Origin: a virus
Lineage: Duplodnaviria > Caudoviricetes
IMG/VR virus record: IMGVR_UViG_3300017991_000133
Span: 1-55,042 of that record
Reading direction: 5' to 3' (one strand)
Length of the DNA stretch: 55,042 bases
The notes beneath the pieces were generated by a model. The model saw only the letters and a program-made list of their open reading frames with translations. It made no database searches and was not told the origin of the DNA. The number at the start of each line of letters is the position of its first letter. Position 1 is the first letter of the stretch. Of this stretch, positions 34,720 through 44,027 are shown one piece after another. Made by a program: the position numbers and the translations under genes.

Positions 34720-35862
34720 TCAGCACTCGTGCTCCAGGCAGCGGATGAAGACGATGGCGTCCACGTTCTCGACGTTGTAGGCCACGCGAATGCTGTAGAA
34801 AAAGTAGGTGGCCCGGTCGGGCGGGTAGCGCCAGGGCTCGATCCGGATGTCTCGCTGGATGCCGATGATCAGGTTGTTCTTTGGGGTGAGCAGCACGTCG
34901 GTGTACTCGCCGCCGCCGATGAGGCCGTAGGTGCCGTCGGCGTCCTGGCCCAGGTTGGTGGGCATGAGCGGAACGTCAATGATGGGCACCTTGCCGTATG
35001 CGGGCGGCACCTTGCCGGTGAAGATGGCATCGCCCAGGGCCGTGGCCCTTGCGCTCAGCGCTCCCAGGTAGTCCTGCGTCACGAGATCGCTGTTGAGAAA
35101 AACCATGTTGGCCAGGCCGTTCTGTGCTTTGTACTTGGCCGGCATGTTTTTCAGCGCCTTGTGATACTTAAACTCCCAGTTATAGGGCGCGTTGGGATCC
35201 TGTTCGGCGATCATTCCGGGCAGATTGAAGTGCGCATCGGGCGAGTCCTTGCCGCTGGGACAGCTGTCGCCGCTCTGGCACACGCATGCCTCTTTGATGT
35301 GCGCGCTCCCTGTGACGTTGTTGTAGTACGTCTGCCCGGCTGCGCTGTGGTTGATGATGTAGCGCCAGCCGTCGAGCTCTCCGCGGGCATCGTCGGCGCA
35401 GAAGCCGTTGAGGCCGGCCGTGTCGGCCATGTAGCCAATTTCTTCAAGCTCGTTGGAAATCCTTTTCGAGACCATGGACATGAGCTTGTTTTTGAAGCTC
35501 GCTTCGCTCTCGATGTGCTTCAGGTCCTCGATATCCTTGTCAAAGATGGGGAAGGCGCCCAGCAGCTCCACGGTCTGCAGCCGAATGCGGTTATGGGCCC
35601 ACTGCTTTTTGTACTTCGACTCGTTGAATTGGTTGGCAGGCACCAGGAAACGCCCTTCTCCAAAACCGAGGCCGCGGATCTCTTCCTGCGGCCGGTCCAT
35701 GTTGATCTTCCGGGCGTAGTTCTTCATGACGCTCTCGTCCCACATGTACTCGATGAACTGGTCGGCCTCCTTGGCCTGCAGCTGTATCTCGGGCATGGAG
35801 ATGAGATTGTATGTCTTCTTGATGCCAAACCTGCGCTCCAGTAGTTCTTTGCTTCCTAGCAT
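34720..35862 (-). CDS. Major capsid protein (HK97 fold, P2 gpN/XkdG-like)
   Basis: 'QADQFI'-like N-terminus (EADQFI), 'RATALGDA', 'TPKNNLIIGIQRDIRIE'. Confidence 0.88.
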   Translation of the reverse strand: MLGSKELLERRFGIKKTYNLISMPEIQLQAKEADQFIEYMWDESVMKNYARKINMDRPQEEIRGLGFGEGRFLVPANQFNESKYKKQWAHNRIRLQTVELLGAFPIFDKDIEDLKHIESEASFKNKLMSMVSKRISNELEEIGYMADTAGLNGFCADDARGELDGWRYIINHSAAGQTYYNNVTGSAHIKEACVCQSGDSCPSGKDSPDAHFNLPGMIAEQDPNAPYNWEFKYHKALKNMPAKYKAQNGLANMVFLNSDLVTQDYLGALSARATALGDAIFTGKVPPAYGKVPIIDVPLMPTNLGQDADGTYGLIGGGEYTDVLLTPKNNLIIGIQRDIRIEPWRYPPDRATYFFYSIRVAYNVENVDAIVFIRCLEHEC

Positions 35863-36707
35863 CAGTTGTCCCTCCCTTCTGTTCCAAAGTCGAGCGACGG
35901 CCAGAGGTCCAGCACGCCGGCGTCGGCATACTTCCTCTTGTCCTCAAGCGACATGGCTGCCAGCTCCTCTTTGGTGAATTTGGTCTTGAGCTTTTTGACC
36001 TTTTCCTTTTCCTTTTCCTCGTCTGGATCCTCGGGATCGTCATCCAGCTGCTTGCTGATTGGCTCGCCCTTGGCCAGCTTCTTGATCAGGTCGCCCTGCT
36101 TTTTGACCTCACCCAGCAGGTCGGTTATAACCTTGTCCTTTTCCTGTTGCTTCTTCAGCTCTTCGGCTTCCTCGATGCGTTGCAGCTTCTCCAGCTTGGC
36201 CACGATGTGATCCGGCAGGTTGCCGGTGTCCACATCGCCGACCGCCTTTTTGACCTTTTCCTCGGCGGTGCCGACGAGATTGTTGATGATCTCGGCAATC
36301 TTTTTCAGCTGCTCGATGGTCGCTTTACTCAGCCGCGCTCCAGCCTTCTCGACGTCTGTCAGGTCTTCCAGGATGTCCACCTCTTCGGCTTTTTTCGCGG
36401 GGTATCCGTAGCTGGCGTACTTGGAGAGCGTCTTGATCGCGTTCAGCACGTCGCTGGGCATGTCGTCCTTGTACTTGTTCAGCATGTTAAGGGCCGAGCT
36501 GATGGCCTTGGCGGCCTTATCGCTCAGGTCCTTTGCCTTCTGGAGTTCGTCCTCTGATAGCTCTGTGTCTTCGCCAAGGAAGTCTTTGAGAATTTCAATC
36601 AGGTCCATTAGTGACCTCCTCTTTTTGATGAAAAATTTTTTGCGGACTGCGCCTGCGTCTACCAGGCTGATTTCGTCCACGTCAATGTCCTTCAGTTTTC
36701 GGGCCAT
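35862..36707 (-). CDS. Scaffolding protein carrying an N-terminal protease-type strand
   Basis: 'RKLKDIDVDEISLVD.GA...F' N-terminus, then charged coiled coil with repeated KA/KK sites. Confidence 0.72.
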   Translation of the reverse strand: MARKLKDIDVDEISLVDAGAVRKKFFIKKRRSLMDLIEILKDFLGEDTELSEDELQKAKDLSDKAAKAISSALNMLNKYKDDMPSDVLNAIKTLSKYASYGYPAKKAEEVDILEDLTDVEKAGARLSKATIEQLKKIAEIINNLVGTAEEKVKKAVGDVDTGNLPDHIVAKLEKLQRIEEAEELKKQQEKDKVITDLLGEVKKQGDLIKKLAKGEPISKQLDDDPEDPDEEKEKEKVKKLKTKFTKEELAAMSLEDKRKYADAGVLDLWPSLDFGTEGRDN

Positions 36708-36895
36708 TGCAGCCCTCCTCTCAACTGAAATTCACAAAGCGTGTTTTGGATCCCCCCTGTATCGGCTGGGTCGGGCATCCTTAACTCGCAAGCATCTGCG
36801 AGCCTCAGACGCCAGGCGTCGGCATGACCGGGCGGCCATCCGACCGCTGCCTCCGAGCTTGCAAATCTTAGCGCGACTTGCTCTTACGATTTATT

Positions 36896-37723
36896 CTATA
36901 ACTCCGCGTTATACTCGTTGTCAAGTGTTTTTTTCATGTATCGCTTTGCCAGCGCCGGCCGGGCCCATGTCCGCTGCAGCTTTTTCCACTCCCGGCGTGG
37001 CTCCGGGGTCGAGCCGTCGCGGTCGCGGTATAACATCGCAAATGGGTTGGCGCCCATGTTGAAGACCTCCTGGAGACGGCCCAGGGCCTTGTCCGGCGTG
37101 TCGTTGTTAAAGCCCATGAGGACAAAGCAGCTGATCTTGTCCCGACTGAAGTGCTTTCGCAGCTTCTCAAGTGCTATCTTGACCTGCGGCAGCCGGCTTT
37201 CATCGTCGTATGCCGTGAACAGTCGCTTTAGGCGTATGCCTCTAAGCCGGTCCACGACCTTGTCTGTGATCCGTCCGGCTTCCAGGCCGCCGCTGAATTT
37301 TATCGCATGCTGGCTCTGCAGCATTGCGAATACCAGGTCAAGGTGTCGCTCGGAGCAGGCCAGGACGTTGTTGTCTATTATGTTGTTTCCCTCCTGGATG
37401 GGCAGCTCTCTCAGCGGCTTCCTTATGAAGCACCATGGGCAGCGGTTCGGGCAGCCGCGGGATGTCACGGTTACTCCGGGCCGGACGTACATGCCTGGCG
37501 TGAATTCCTCGCCCTCGCCGTCGATGGCTACGCCGCCAAGCTTCACTGGTGCTACGCGCTCCCATTGCCTTGCGAGCCATTTGGCTCGATCGAGGTCCCA
37601 GGTGAACGTGACCGATATGTGGATACTTTGGTACTTTGGTACAAATAGACCAGGCGGCCCGGTGTAGGCGTGCTCGTCGGCCGGCGTCATGGAGGTGCGT
37701 GTCGGGAATACTCGTGCTATCAT
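36896..37723 (-). CDS. Radical SAM protein
   Basis: 'TSRGCPNRCPWC', 'DNNVLA', 'VLMGF'. Confidence 0.85.
   Translation of the reverse strand: MIARVFPTRTSMTPADEHAYTGPPGLFVPKYQSIHISVTFTWDLDRAKWLARQWERVAPVKLGGVAIDGEGEEFTPGMYVRPGVTVTSRGCPNRCPWCFIRKPLRELPIQEGNNIIDNNVLACSERHLDLVFAMLQSQHAIKFSGGLEAGRITDKVVDRLRGIRLKRLFTAYDDESRLPQVKIALEKLRKHFSRDKISCFVLMGFNNDTPDKALGRLQEVFNMGANPFAMLYRDRDGSTPEPRREWKKLQRTWARPALAKRYMKKTLDNEYNAEL
36908..36924 (-). promoter_or_regulatory. Candidate late promoter element, copy 1
   Basis: TTGACAACGAGTATAAC upstream of the scaffold/capsid genes; 15/17 identical to 52312-52328. Confidence 0.55.
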
Positions 37724-37732
37724 GGCAGCTCC

Positions 37733-40700
37733 TTATCCGCTGCTGGCAGTGCCGCCCATGCTGAAGGCTGTTATGTGGCCTTCTTGAATGAGGTTCCATA
37801 CGCCGGGCTCTGTGATCTTTAGCATCAGCCACCAGGAGCCCTTTTTTACGGTCTGGCCGCCCCGGGTTATGTCGTGTTCCGGCTGGAAGCACTCAAGGAT
37901 CGGAAAGGTGTAGCTCTTGCCCCGGTGCTGGACCTTGATCCGCTGGCTGTCCTTGGCGTACTTCTCCATGAAGCGGTACATGGCATCCTGGATGTCCTGG
38001 GCCGAGGTGTAGTCGCCCTGGGTGTCCACCACGTCTGGCTCGTAGACCACTCCGCCCACGATCTGCTTCGTCTTCAGCTGCTTGAGGATCCGGAATTCCA
38101 GGTTCAGGGCTTTCGCGACAGGCTCCTCTATGGCCACTGTGCGCAGAACGCGGCCGCCTTGGGCCTTGATGTCGGCCATTCCTTTCATGCTGTGCTCGGC
38201 GCAGACGGGCACGTATGCTCGGCCGTCGGCCCATATGTGACTCTTCACGGCCGGCTTGTCGCAGTACTTGCACTTGTGCGACTTTGTGGCCGCCTCTTTC
38301 GTGACCGCCTGGTGGTCGCTGTCCTTTAGCCTGCTCATCATCCAGACTCTTTCGCCCTCCCCTGTGGGCACGTAGCTGAATAAATAGTTGCCGTCGAGGA
38401 TCCGGCCGCCGGTGAAGCGGATCTTTTTGGCGTGCTCGTCGGCCTTGTATATCTCCCAGTCAAACGAGTCCAGGTTGACGAGCGCGGCGTATTTGTGGGC
38501 GGAGGCTCCAACGGTGCCAGGCTCGAAGATCTCGATTTTTTGCTTGCCGGCGGTCATCCAGCTCAGCGGCCCTCGCACAATGTTCTGCTGGCGCTCCCCT
38601 TTATGGCTGACCTTCCATGAGAAGCGCAGCTTCGCGTTCTCCGTATCGAGCTTATCGAGCTTGCTAAGCCCGGTGAGATTGCCCACCAGGATCTCGCCGC
38701 CCTCCCAGTAGTCCTTGCCTGCAGGCCGCAGGCGAATGTCGCAGTGTACTCCCTTTTCTCCAAGAACGTCCTTTAGGGCGCGCTCGAGCTTGGCTGGCGT
38801 AAAACGGGCCACTAGGATCCGGCTTTGGGCCTCTTTCAGAGCTTTTGTCTGGTCCTCCTCGATGCCCATGATGTGAGCCTGTAGCACGCCGGTGCCCTTT
38901 GTCCCGGGCTCAAAGTCGATGTTTCCCTCGGCCCCTGTGGTGCCCTCGTCCTTGGCCACCTGGCCCACTCCGGGTCTGTCAGCGCGTCGCATCGTGCCTC
39001 CGCATTTGGGGCACTTGAGCTCTACGCAGTGCTCGGTGGTCGTCAGCCGGTGGCCGCAATCGATGCACTCGCAATCGTAGCGGGTCTTGTCGATGGTGAC
39101 GTCGCGGATGGTGTTTTTTATGCCCGGCGGGGGATCGTAGCCCACGGGGGGCTCGAATTCCTCTATCACGTCGAGCTCGTAGGCGGCCTTAAAGCCGTCC
39201 CGGCCGGTGTAGCGCAGCTGCACAACTCCCAGGATGTGCTTGTTCTCGACCAGGTAGATTCGCTTGCCCACATAGCCGCTGCTCAGCTTCTGGCCAAGCA
39301 GCAGGGTGCCGCTCTTCATGGCTTCCGCTCCCTGGGGCTTCTGGACGTAGATGCCCCGCAGTGTTTTTGCCTTTGTCACCTGAAGAACGTTTGCCCGGCG
39401 GGCCACGTCGGCTGCCTGGGCGGCGGTATAGGGCTCCTTGCGCCCGCTGTCTTTGTCAATCACTCGCGGGCCCAGCCAGACAAGCTTGCCATCCTGCGGG
39501 ATGAGCTCCTCAATTCCAACGGTCAGGATGTCACCGATGTCAGCTTTTATCTCTGTGGTGTAGGTCTTCCCCAGGACCACCAGCTTTTTGCTGTCCACGT
39601 CCGTCGTGTTCGCATAGTCGCTATCTGCCTTTAGCACTCCGCAGCTGTATACGTAGCGGCCGCCCTTGGCCGTGTGGCGATCCAGAACCTGGGCCTTTAT
39701 CTCGGCCTCCACCTTAAGCTTTGCCCATCCGGGCTCGCTGCCGTCGAGACTCCAGGTGCTCTTTACGTCCTTTATGACCACTCCCTCGCTCTGCGGGAGC
39801 CTGGCGAATTCTTTAAATCTGTCCTCGAGCTCCTCGAGGCTTTTGATCTGGACAGATCTCGTCATGTCGAAGTGTGGGCTGGCTTTCAGGTGCTCGCCGT
39901 AGAATTCCTCCAGCGCCTTTCGCCTTTCTGAGAATGGCTGGTCGTGGAGATCTTTGTCCCTGTAGGGCATGTCGAAGACGGTGGCCACGATGCGGTCCTT
40001 TTCGCCAAGCTGCGGCTTCGCGGCCATGAGCGTCATGAGCTCAATGCGGGGCAGCGGCTTGCCGTCCCTCTCTATGCCTACGCTCGAGTCCAGGATAAAG
40101 GCGCCGGGGATTCTGGCCAGCTCCTGGGTCAGCGTCGGGTATTTCGCGGCGTGATTCTCGCGGTTCTCGCTCATGATCTTTACGGTGTCGCCCTGCTTGG
40201 CCAGCACCATGCGGAATCCGTTAAGCTTCGGCTCTGCTACCAGGGTGCGATCCTTGGCCCAGGAGGCGATCTCTTTGACGCTGTATGCCTCGGTCAGCCC
40301 CGCCATGGTCGGCTTGGGCGGGTCGTAGCGGCCGAATGGCGTGAGCTCCCTGGCCTTGGCCACAGCCTTTTTGTCCCAGCGCACCAGGGCGGCGTTCGAG
40401 CGCTTGATCTCGTGGATGGCGTAGCGGGAGTCGTCAGCCAGGCGCTCCTGCAGGGCGGCTGCCGTCTTGAATTCATGGGCGTGTGTGGGGTCGTATCGTT
40501 TGCCCAGCGGCACGAGCGCCACAATGCGCTCGGCTGCCACACGCTCCGCCTCCCTCAGGAGGTGCTCTGTGTTCTTTACATGCTCCAGGCTGTGAACCAT
40601 GACGACGTTGTCCCAGCTGTTGGAGTCGTAGGGCAGCGGATCCTCTTCAAGGTCGACGTCCACGACGTCCAGGCCCCGCTTGCGGCAGTAGCGCAGCGCG

Positions 40701-41452
40701 GTCCGGTCGTTGTCGATGCCGGCCACCTTGCGGCCGCTTTGCTCCAGGAGCTTCAGGAGACGGCCGGTGCCGCAGCCTAGATCCAGAACGCTGCCATCGG
40801 CCAGGTTGCTGACCACATTCCAGTTGTCCTCAAGCAGCTGCATGTCCCAGCTGTCCAGCCCCTCGTAGTATTCGGGCGGCTTTGATGCGGCCTTGCCCCA
40901 TGAGCGCTTCTCCTCCACCGGCACCCGCTCCATTTTATGCTTGCCGCGCAGCACGAGGTCAAACATGGGCACGAATGTGCTGTGGGGGCCCCGGGGGGCG
41001 TAGACGAAGTGCGCCTCTTTTCCTGTGCGCATCTTGACGGTCCGGCCCACCTTGAGCTCCACTCCCTGATCGCGGTTATCCGCGCTGTCGCGTATGACGA
41101 TGTCGACGTCCTCGGCGCCTGCCGGATCCTTGACGAAGCTGCCGGCTATGCTCATGTAGTCCGGCACGATGACCAGGTCCCCCAGGTCGCGCACGTCTAT
41201 GCCGAACATGGCCTTGCGGAAGACGGCCCGGTCGATGGCCTTGTCGTTGTAGCGCAGGCCCCGCTCTTTCATCTCGCTTACAAGCAGCTGGTAGTTATCC
41301 AGCAGCTCCGAGCGCTCGAGCTTGCCGATGCGGATGCACCGGCTGTTATAGAAATGGCGCTCGTATAGGTTTATGGCCCTGAGCCTCAGCACGTAGAGCT
41401 CGTTGTCATCTACGCTCTTTAGAGTCTCTGCCTTGATGTCCTCGATTTTCAT
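37733..41452 (-). CDS. Multi-domain protein: nucleotidyltransferase-like, SAM methyltransferase, ATP-dependent ligase, zinc ribbons, LigD-phosphoesterase-like and XkdF-type prohead protease
   Basis: 'IAGS...DVDIV'; 'VLDLGCGTG'; 'EPKLNGFR', 'EGVVIKD', 'WAKLK'; CxxC pairs; 'QAH...HCDIRL'; 'VGGVVYEPDVVDTQGD...W...AFSMGG'. Confidence 0.82.
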   Translation of the reverse strand: MKIEDIKAETLKSVDDNELYVLRLRAINLYERHFYNSRCIRIGKLERSELLDNYQLLVSEMKERGLRYNDKAIDRAVFRKAMFGIDVRDLGDLVIVPDYMSIAGSFVKDPAGAEDVDIVIRDSADNRDQGVELKVGRTVKMRTGKEAHFVYAPRGPHSTFVPMFDLVLRGKHKMERVPVEEKRSWGKAASKPPEYYEGLDSWDMQLLEDNWNVVSNLADGSVLDLGCGTGRLLKLLEQSGRKVAGIDNDRTALRYCRKRGLDVVDVDLEEDPLPYDSNSWDNVVMVHSLEHVKNTEHLLREAERVAAERIVALVPLGKRYDPTHAHEFKTAAALQERLADDSRYAIHEIKRSNAALVRWDKKAVAKARELTPFGRYDPPKPTMAGLTEAYSVKEIASWAKDRTLVAEPKLNGFRMVLAKQGDTVKIMSENRENHAAKYPTLTQELARIPGAFILDSSVGIERDGKPLPRIELMTLMAAKPQLGEKDRIVATVFDMPYRDKDLHDQPFSERRKALEEFYGEHLKASPHFDMTRSVQIKSLEELEDRFKEFARLPQSEGVVIKDVKSTWSLDGSEPGWAKLKVEAEIKAQVLDRHTAKGGRYVYSCGVLKADSDYANTTDVDSKKLVVLGKTYTTEIKADIGDILTVGIEELIPQDGKLVWLGPRVIDKDSGRKEPYTAAQAADVARRANVLQVTKAKTLRGIYVQKPQGAEAMKSGTLLLGQKLSSGYVGKRIYLVENKHILGVVQLRYTGRDGFKAAYELDVIEEFEPPVGYDPPPGIKNTIRDVTIDKTRYDCECIDCGHRLTTTEHCVELKCPKCGGTMRRADRPGVGQVAKDEGTTGAEGNIDFEPGTKGTGVLQAHIMGIEEDQTKALKEAQSRILVARFTPAKLERALKDVLGEKGVHCDIRLRPAGKDYWEGGEILVGNLTGLSKLDKLDTENAKLRFSWKVSHKGERQQNIVRGPLSWMTAGKQKIEIFEPGTVGASAHKYAALVNLDSFDWEIYKADEHAKKIRFTGGRILDGNYLFSYVPTGEGERVWMMSRLKDSDHQAVTKEAATKSHKCKYCDKPAVKSHIWADGRAYVPVCAEHSMKGMADIKAQGGRVLRTVAIEEPVAKALNLEFRILKQLKTKQIVGGVVYEPDVVDTQGDYTSAQDIQDAMYRFMEKYAKDSQRIKVQHRGKSYTFPILECFQPEHDITRGGQTVKKGSWWLMLKITEPGVWNLIQEGHITAFSMGGTASSG

Positions 41453-41612
41453 TCTTCCCTCCTGCAGCCTTTTCGTATGGCAGCCTGCGGCCGCACCCGC
41501 TTCGCGGGCACTTGGCCATGGTCCGGTAGCCCTTGCGGCGGATTGCACAGCAGGCCGTGACCACGATCATCTTGCCTCCGCATCCTGGGCACCTATTTGT
41601 CGCTATCCTCAT
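41406..41612 (-). CDS. Small zinc-ribbon protein
   Basis: CPGCGG...CC...CPRSGCG. Confidence 0.6.
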   Translation of the reverse strand: MRIATNRCPGCGGKMIVVTACCAIRRKGYRTMAKCPRSGCGRRLPYEKAAGGKNENRGHQGRDSKERR

Positions 41613-41967
41613 GGGCGTCTTCGCTGGTGGGTGGCCTTCCGGATCCCTGGTCCACCGGGCTCGGGTTGAAGCGGGCCCGCAAGTACGCGGCCAGCGCCTC
41701 GAATGTCTCTGGCTCCATCTGGTTGGCTCCCGGCACAAGGTGTTGGGCCGCCTCTTTGTTCTCGAAGATCAGTGTGGTGCCGCCCAGCTGCGCCAGCATG
41801 ATGTGGCCGCTGTCCACCTTGGCATGCGTAATCTTGGCCAGGTCGATGAGCCAGCCCTGCAGCTCGATGAAGTCGCACTGCAGCGTCACGTGCTTTAGTA
41901 GCGGTGTGGTCGGATGTGCCTTCAGCCAGCGTACAAATGCCTCGGTCGCTTTTTTTTCCGGCTCCAT
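41593..41967 (-). CDS. Hypothetical protein
   Basis: GAGGAG SD; 124 aa. Confidence 0.65.
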   Translation of the reverse strand: MEPEKKATEAFVRWLKAHPTTPLLKHVTLQCDFIELQGWLIDLAKITHAKVDSGHIMLAQLGGTTLIFENKEAAQHLVPGANQMEPETFEALAAYLRARFNPSPVDQGSGRPPTSEDAHEDSDK

Positions 41968-41977
41968 GTGATCCTCC

Positions 41978-42145
41978 TCAGTGCAGCCGCGGCGGCCATG
42001 GATCGTCCCCGGCTTGTCCCTTCTTCAGTCTGCGACCGTCGAATGCTATGCTTCCGTCCGGGTTTCGGAGTATAGTGCCCAACAGCTCGTCTGTGCTGCG
42101 GCGAGCTGCCTCTTCATCGATGTTTTTTCTTTGCTTTTTGACCAT
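41978..42145 (-). CDS. Small hypothetical protein (55 aa, not in ORF track); candidate partner or immunity protein for the MuF toxin
   Basis: ATG 1 nt after the MuF stop, GGAG SD; MVKKQRKNIDEEAARRSTDELLG... Confidence 0.55.
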   Translation of the reverse strand: MVKKQRKNIDEEAARRSTDELLGTILRNPDGSIAFDGRRLKKGQAGDDPWPPRLH

Positions 42146-42146
42146 G

Positions 42147-43685
42147 TTAGTCTCCCGTTGGTTCCAGGGTCACTTCGATATGATCCCCGACTTTTTTTTT
42201 GCCTGTAATTTTAAATTTCTGGCTGCTTGATATACCGACCTCTTCTTCTTCCCAATAGTTGCTAAAGTGTTTGAGCGTTGTGGAGTTTTTCACTCCCTTT
42301 GTTTTGAATATTATGCCTTTAGTCCCGCCATCGTATCGGTCGGCTATGCGGGCGCTGGTGGTCCAGTGGGTTGTCACATCGAACTGGATGGTGCTGCCTA
42401 TTTTAGTCTTTTCGATCGCCTCTGCAAATTTAAGCGCTTCGGTGTGTAGCGATCTGAATCCTCGCATGATCTCTGTCTCTGCTGGAAATGATGGCGCGAT
42501 TTCGATGTATTGGTCTAGCAGCCTTGCCTGTTTTAATGCCTTTTTGTAATTAATTAATGACGTGAATTTGTCTTTTTCGCCCAGCTGGGCCCACCGGAGC
42601 TGTGCGGCTCCTCCTCCGAGGAAGTTTCTGATGGCGTCCTCTCGTAATATGTCAAGATCTTCTGCGCTTATGGGAATTCCGGCAGCCGCATAATCGGCCT
42701 TTATCATGTCGTATAGCTCCCGCTCGTTTTTGCTCCCGAGCATGTGTTCTCTTTCAATGCGCGGCTCCTCTTTCGGCTCGCTGGCGGCTACCCAGGTGCA
42801 CTCGCAGTGCGGGTGCGCCGGTTGCATACCGTGTGCTTGGCTTATCGGGTAGACTTTGCCGTTGCGGGCTCTGCAGATCGGGCATGCCTCCGGGTCGGCG
42901 ATCCATTTCACGTGGGTTATTCCCATGCCCTCGTATGCCTGGAGCGTGCCCTCGCTTTGGGCGAAGCTGCTCTCGGTCCGGGCTATCATGCGCGTGCGGT
43001 AGCGATGCAGCTTGTTGGCATAGCGCTGGGCCTTTTTGGCGGCGTCCTCGTAGGGCACTCCCTTGTCCAGCTGCTTCGTGAGGAAGCGCCCGACGGCCGT
43101 TGCATGGCGGGGCAGCAGCCCTACCACCGGCCTCAGGTTCTGTGCTACCTTTTGGGCGGTCATGCCGTAGCGCACCATCTCGGCTATGTATTGCTTGATG
43201 GCGTCCTTGGTGCCCCGGGTCACCGAGGTCACCAGGTCGGCCGTGTGCTTGTCCGTGTACTCGATGGCCCTATCGCCGGCAGGATCTGCCTGCTTGCGCA
43301 TAAGGTTTTCCGTGGCCGCTCCGATGCTGTAGGCCAGGGCTCGAAGGAACGGGCCGTGCATCGCCTCGAGGCCGATCTTTTCGAGCTCTTTCCAGTCGGC
43401 GATCTTGTTTGCGCCGCTTGCCGGGGTGCGGGCCCTGGCCGCCTTGGCAGCCCCCCTCTCCAGGGGCTTTGTGATCTTTTTGAACCATTCGTTGACGGCA
43501 GGTTCGAGGATCTCGCGCTGCATGTAATCTGCCCGCCGGCGTGCTGAGAGGTAGTTCTGGTGGTCTGTCCTGCGGCTGGCTTTGTGGATAATGAGAAGCG
43601 CCGGCAGCTCCCTGGCAAGCTGGTCCGCGATGCGCTCGTAGAGTTCATCTACCAGGGGCTTTAACTGCTGCCGGACCGTGCTCAT
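42147..43685 (-). CDS. MuF (SPP1 gp7-like) head morphogenesis protein with C-terminal ADP-ribosyltransferase-like domain
   Basis: 'RMIARTE', 'CPIC', 'PAHPHCEC'; C-terminal 'MRG', 'THWTTS', 'EEEV' (R-S/T-E pattern). Confidence 0.85.
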   Translation of the reverse strand: MSTVRQQLKPLVDELYERIADQLARELPALLIIHKASRRTDHQNYLSARRRADYMQREILEPAVNEWFKKITKPLERGAAKAARARTPASGANKIADWKELEKIGLEAMHGPFLRALAYSIGAATENLMRKQADPAGDRAIEYTDKHTADLVTSVTRGTKDAIKQYIAEMVRYGMTAQKVAQNLRPVVGLLPRHATAVGRFLTKQLDKGVPYEDAAKKAQRYANKLHRYRTRMIARTESSFAQSEGTLQAYEGMGITHVKWIADPEACPICRARNGKVYPISQAHGMQPAHPHCECTWVAASEPKEEPRIEREHMLGSKNERELYDMIKADYAAAGIPISAEDLDILREDAIRNFLGGGAAQLRWAQLGEKDKFTSLINYKKALKQARLLDQYIEIAPSFPAETEIMRGFRSLHTEALKFAEAIEKTKIGSTIQFDVTTHWTTSARIADRYDGGTKGIIFKTKGVKNSTTLKHFSNYWEEEEVGISSSQKFKITGKKKVGDHIEVTLEPTGD

Positions 43686-43689
43686 TGGC

Positions 43690-44025
43690 TCAGTTGCCTT
43701 TGCCTCCGGGCCCTTTCGGTCTGACGCCGCTGAATTGAGCGGGCGTTATGCGCCCCAGTCCCTTGGCGGCGGCCGCCTCGCGCTGGCGCTGCATGTCTTC
43801 GTTTCGGGCCTTCATCTGCTCCCACTCCTCGACCGTGATCTCTTTCATGTAGGTTATGTCCAGGTCGCTTCGTGGAAAAAGGATCTGCTTTTTTCCGTCG
43901 GGATCGCTCATCACCAGAATCGGGCCCAGGCGCTCGTTGTCCAGGCGTGCTATGGTTTCCTTGTTCAGCTCGCCGCCCAGCACCAGGCTGATGGCGGGCT
44001 CCTTGAAATAAACGAGTATCGGCAT
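43690..44025 (-). CDS. Hypothetical protein
   Basis: GGAGG SD; in operon. Confidence 0.65.
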   Translation of the reverse strand: MPILVYFKEPAISLVLGGELNKETIARLDNERLGPILVMSDPDGKKQILFPRSDLDITYMKEITVEEWEQMKARNEDMQRQREAAAAKGLGRITPAQFSGVRPKGPGGKGN

Positions 44026-44027
44026 CG

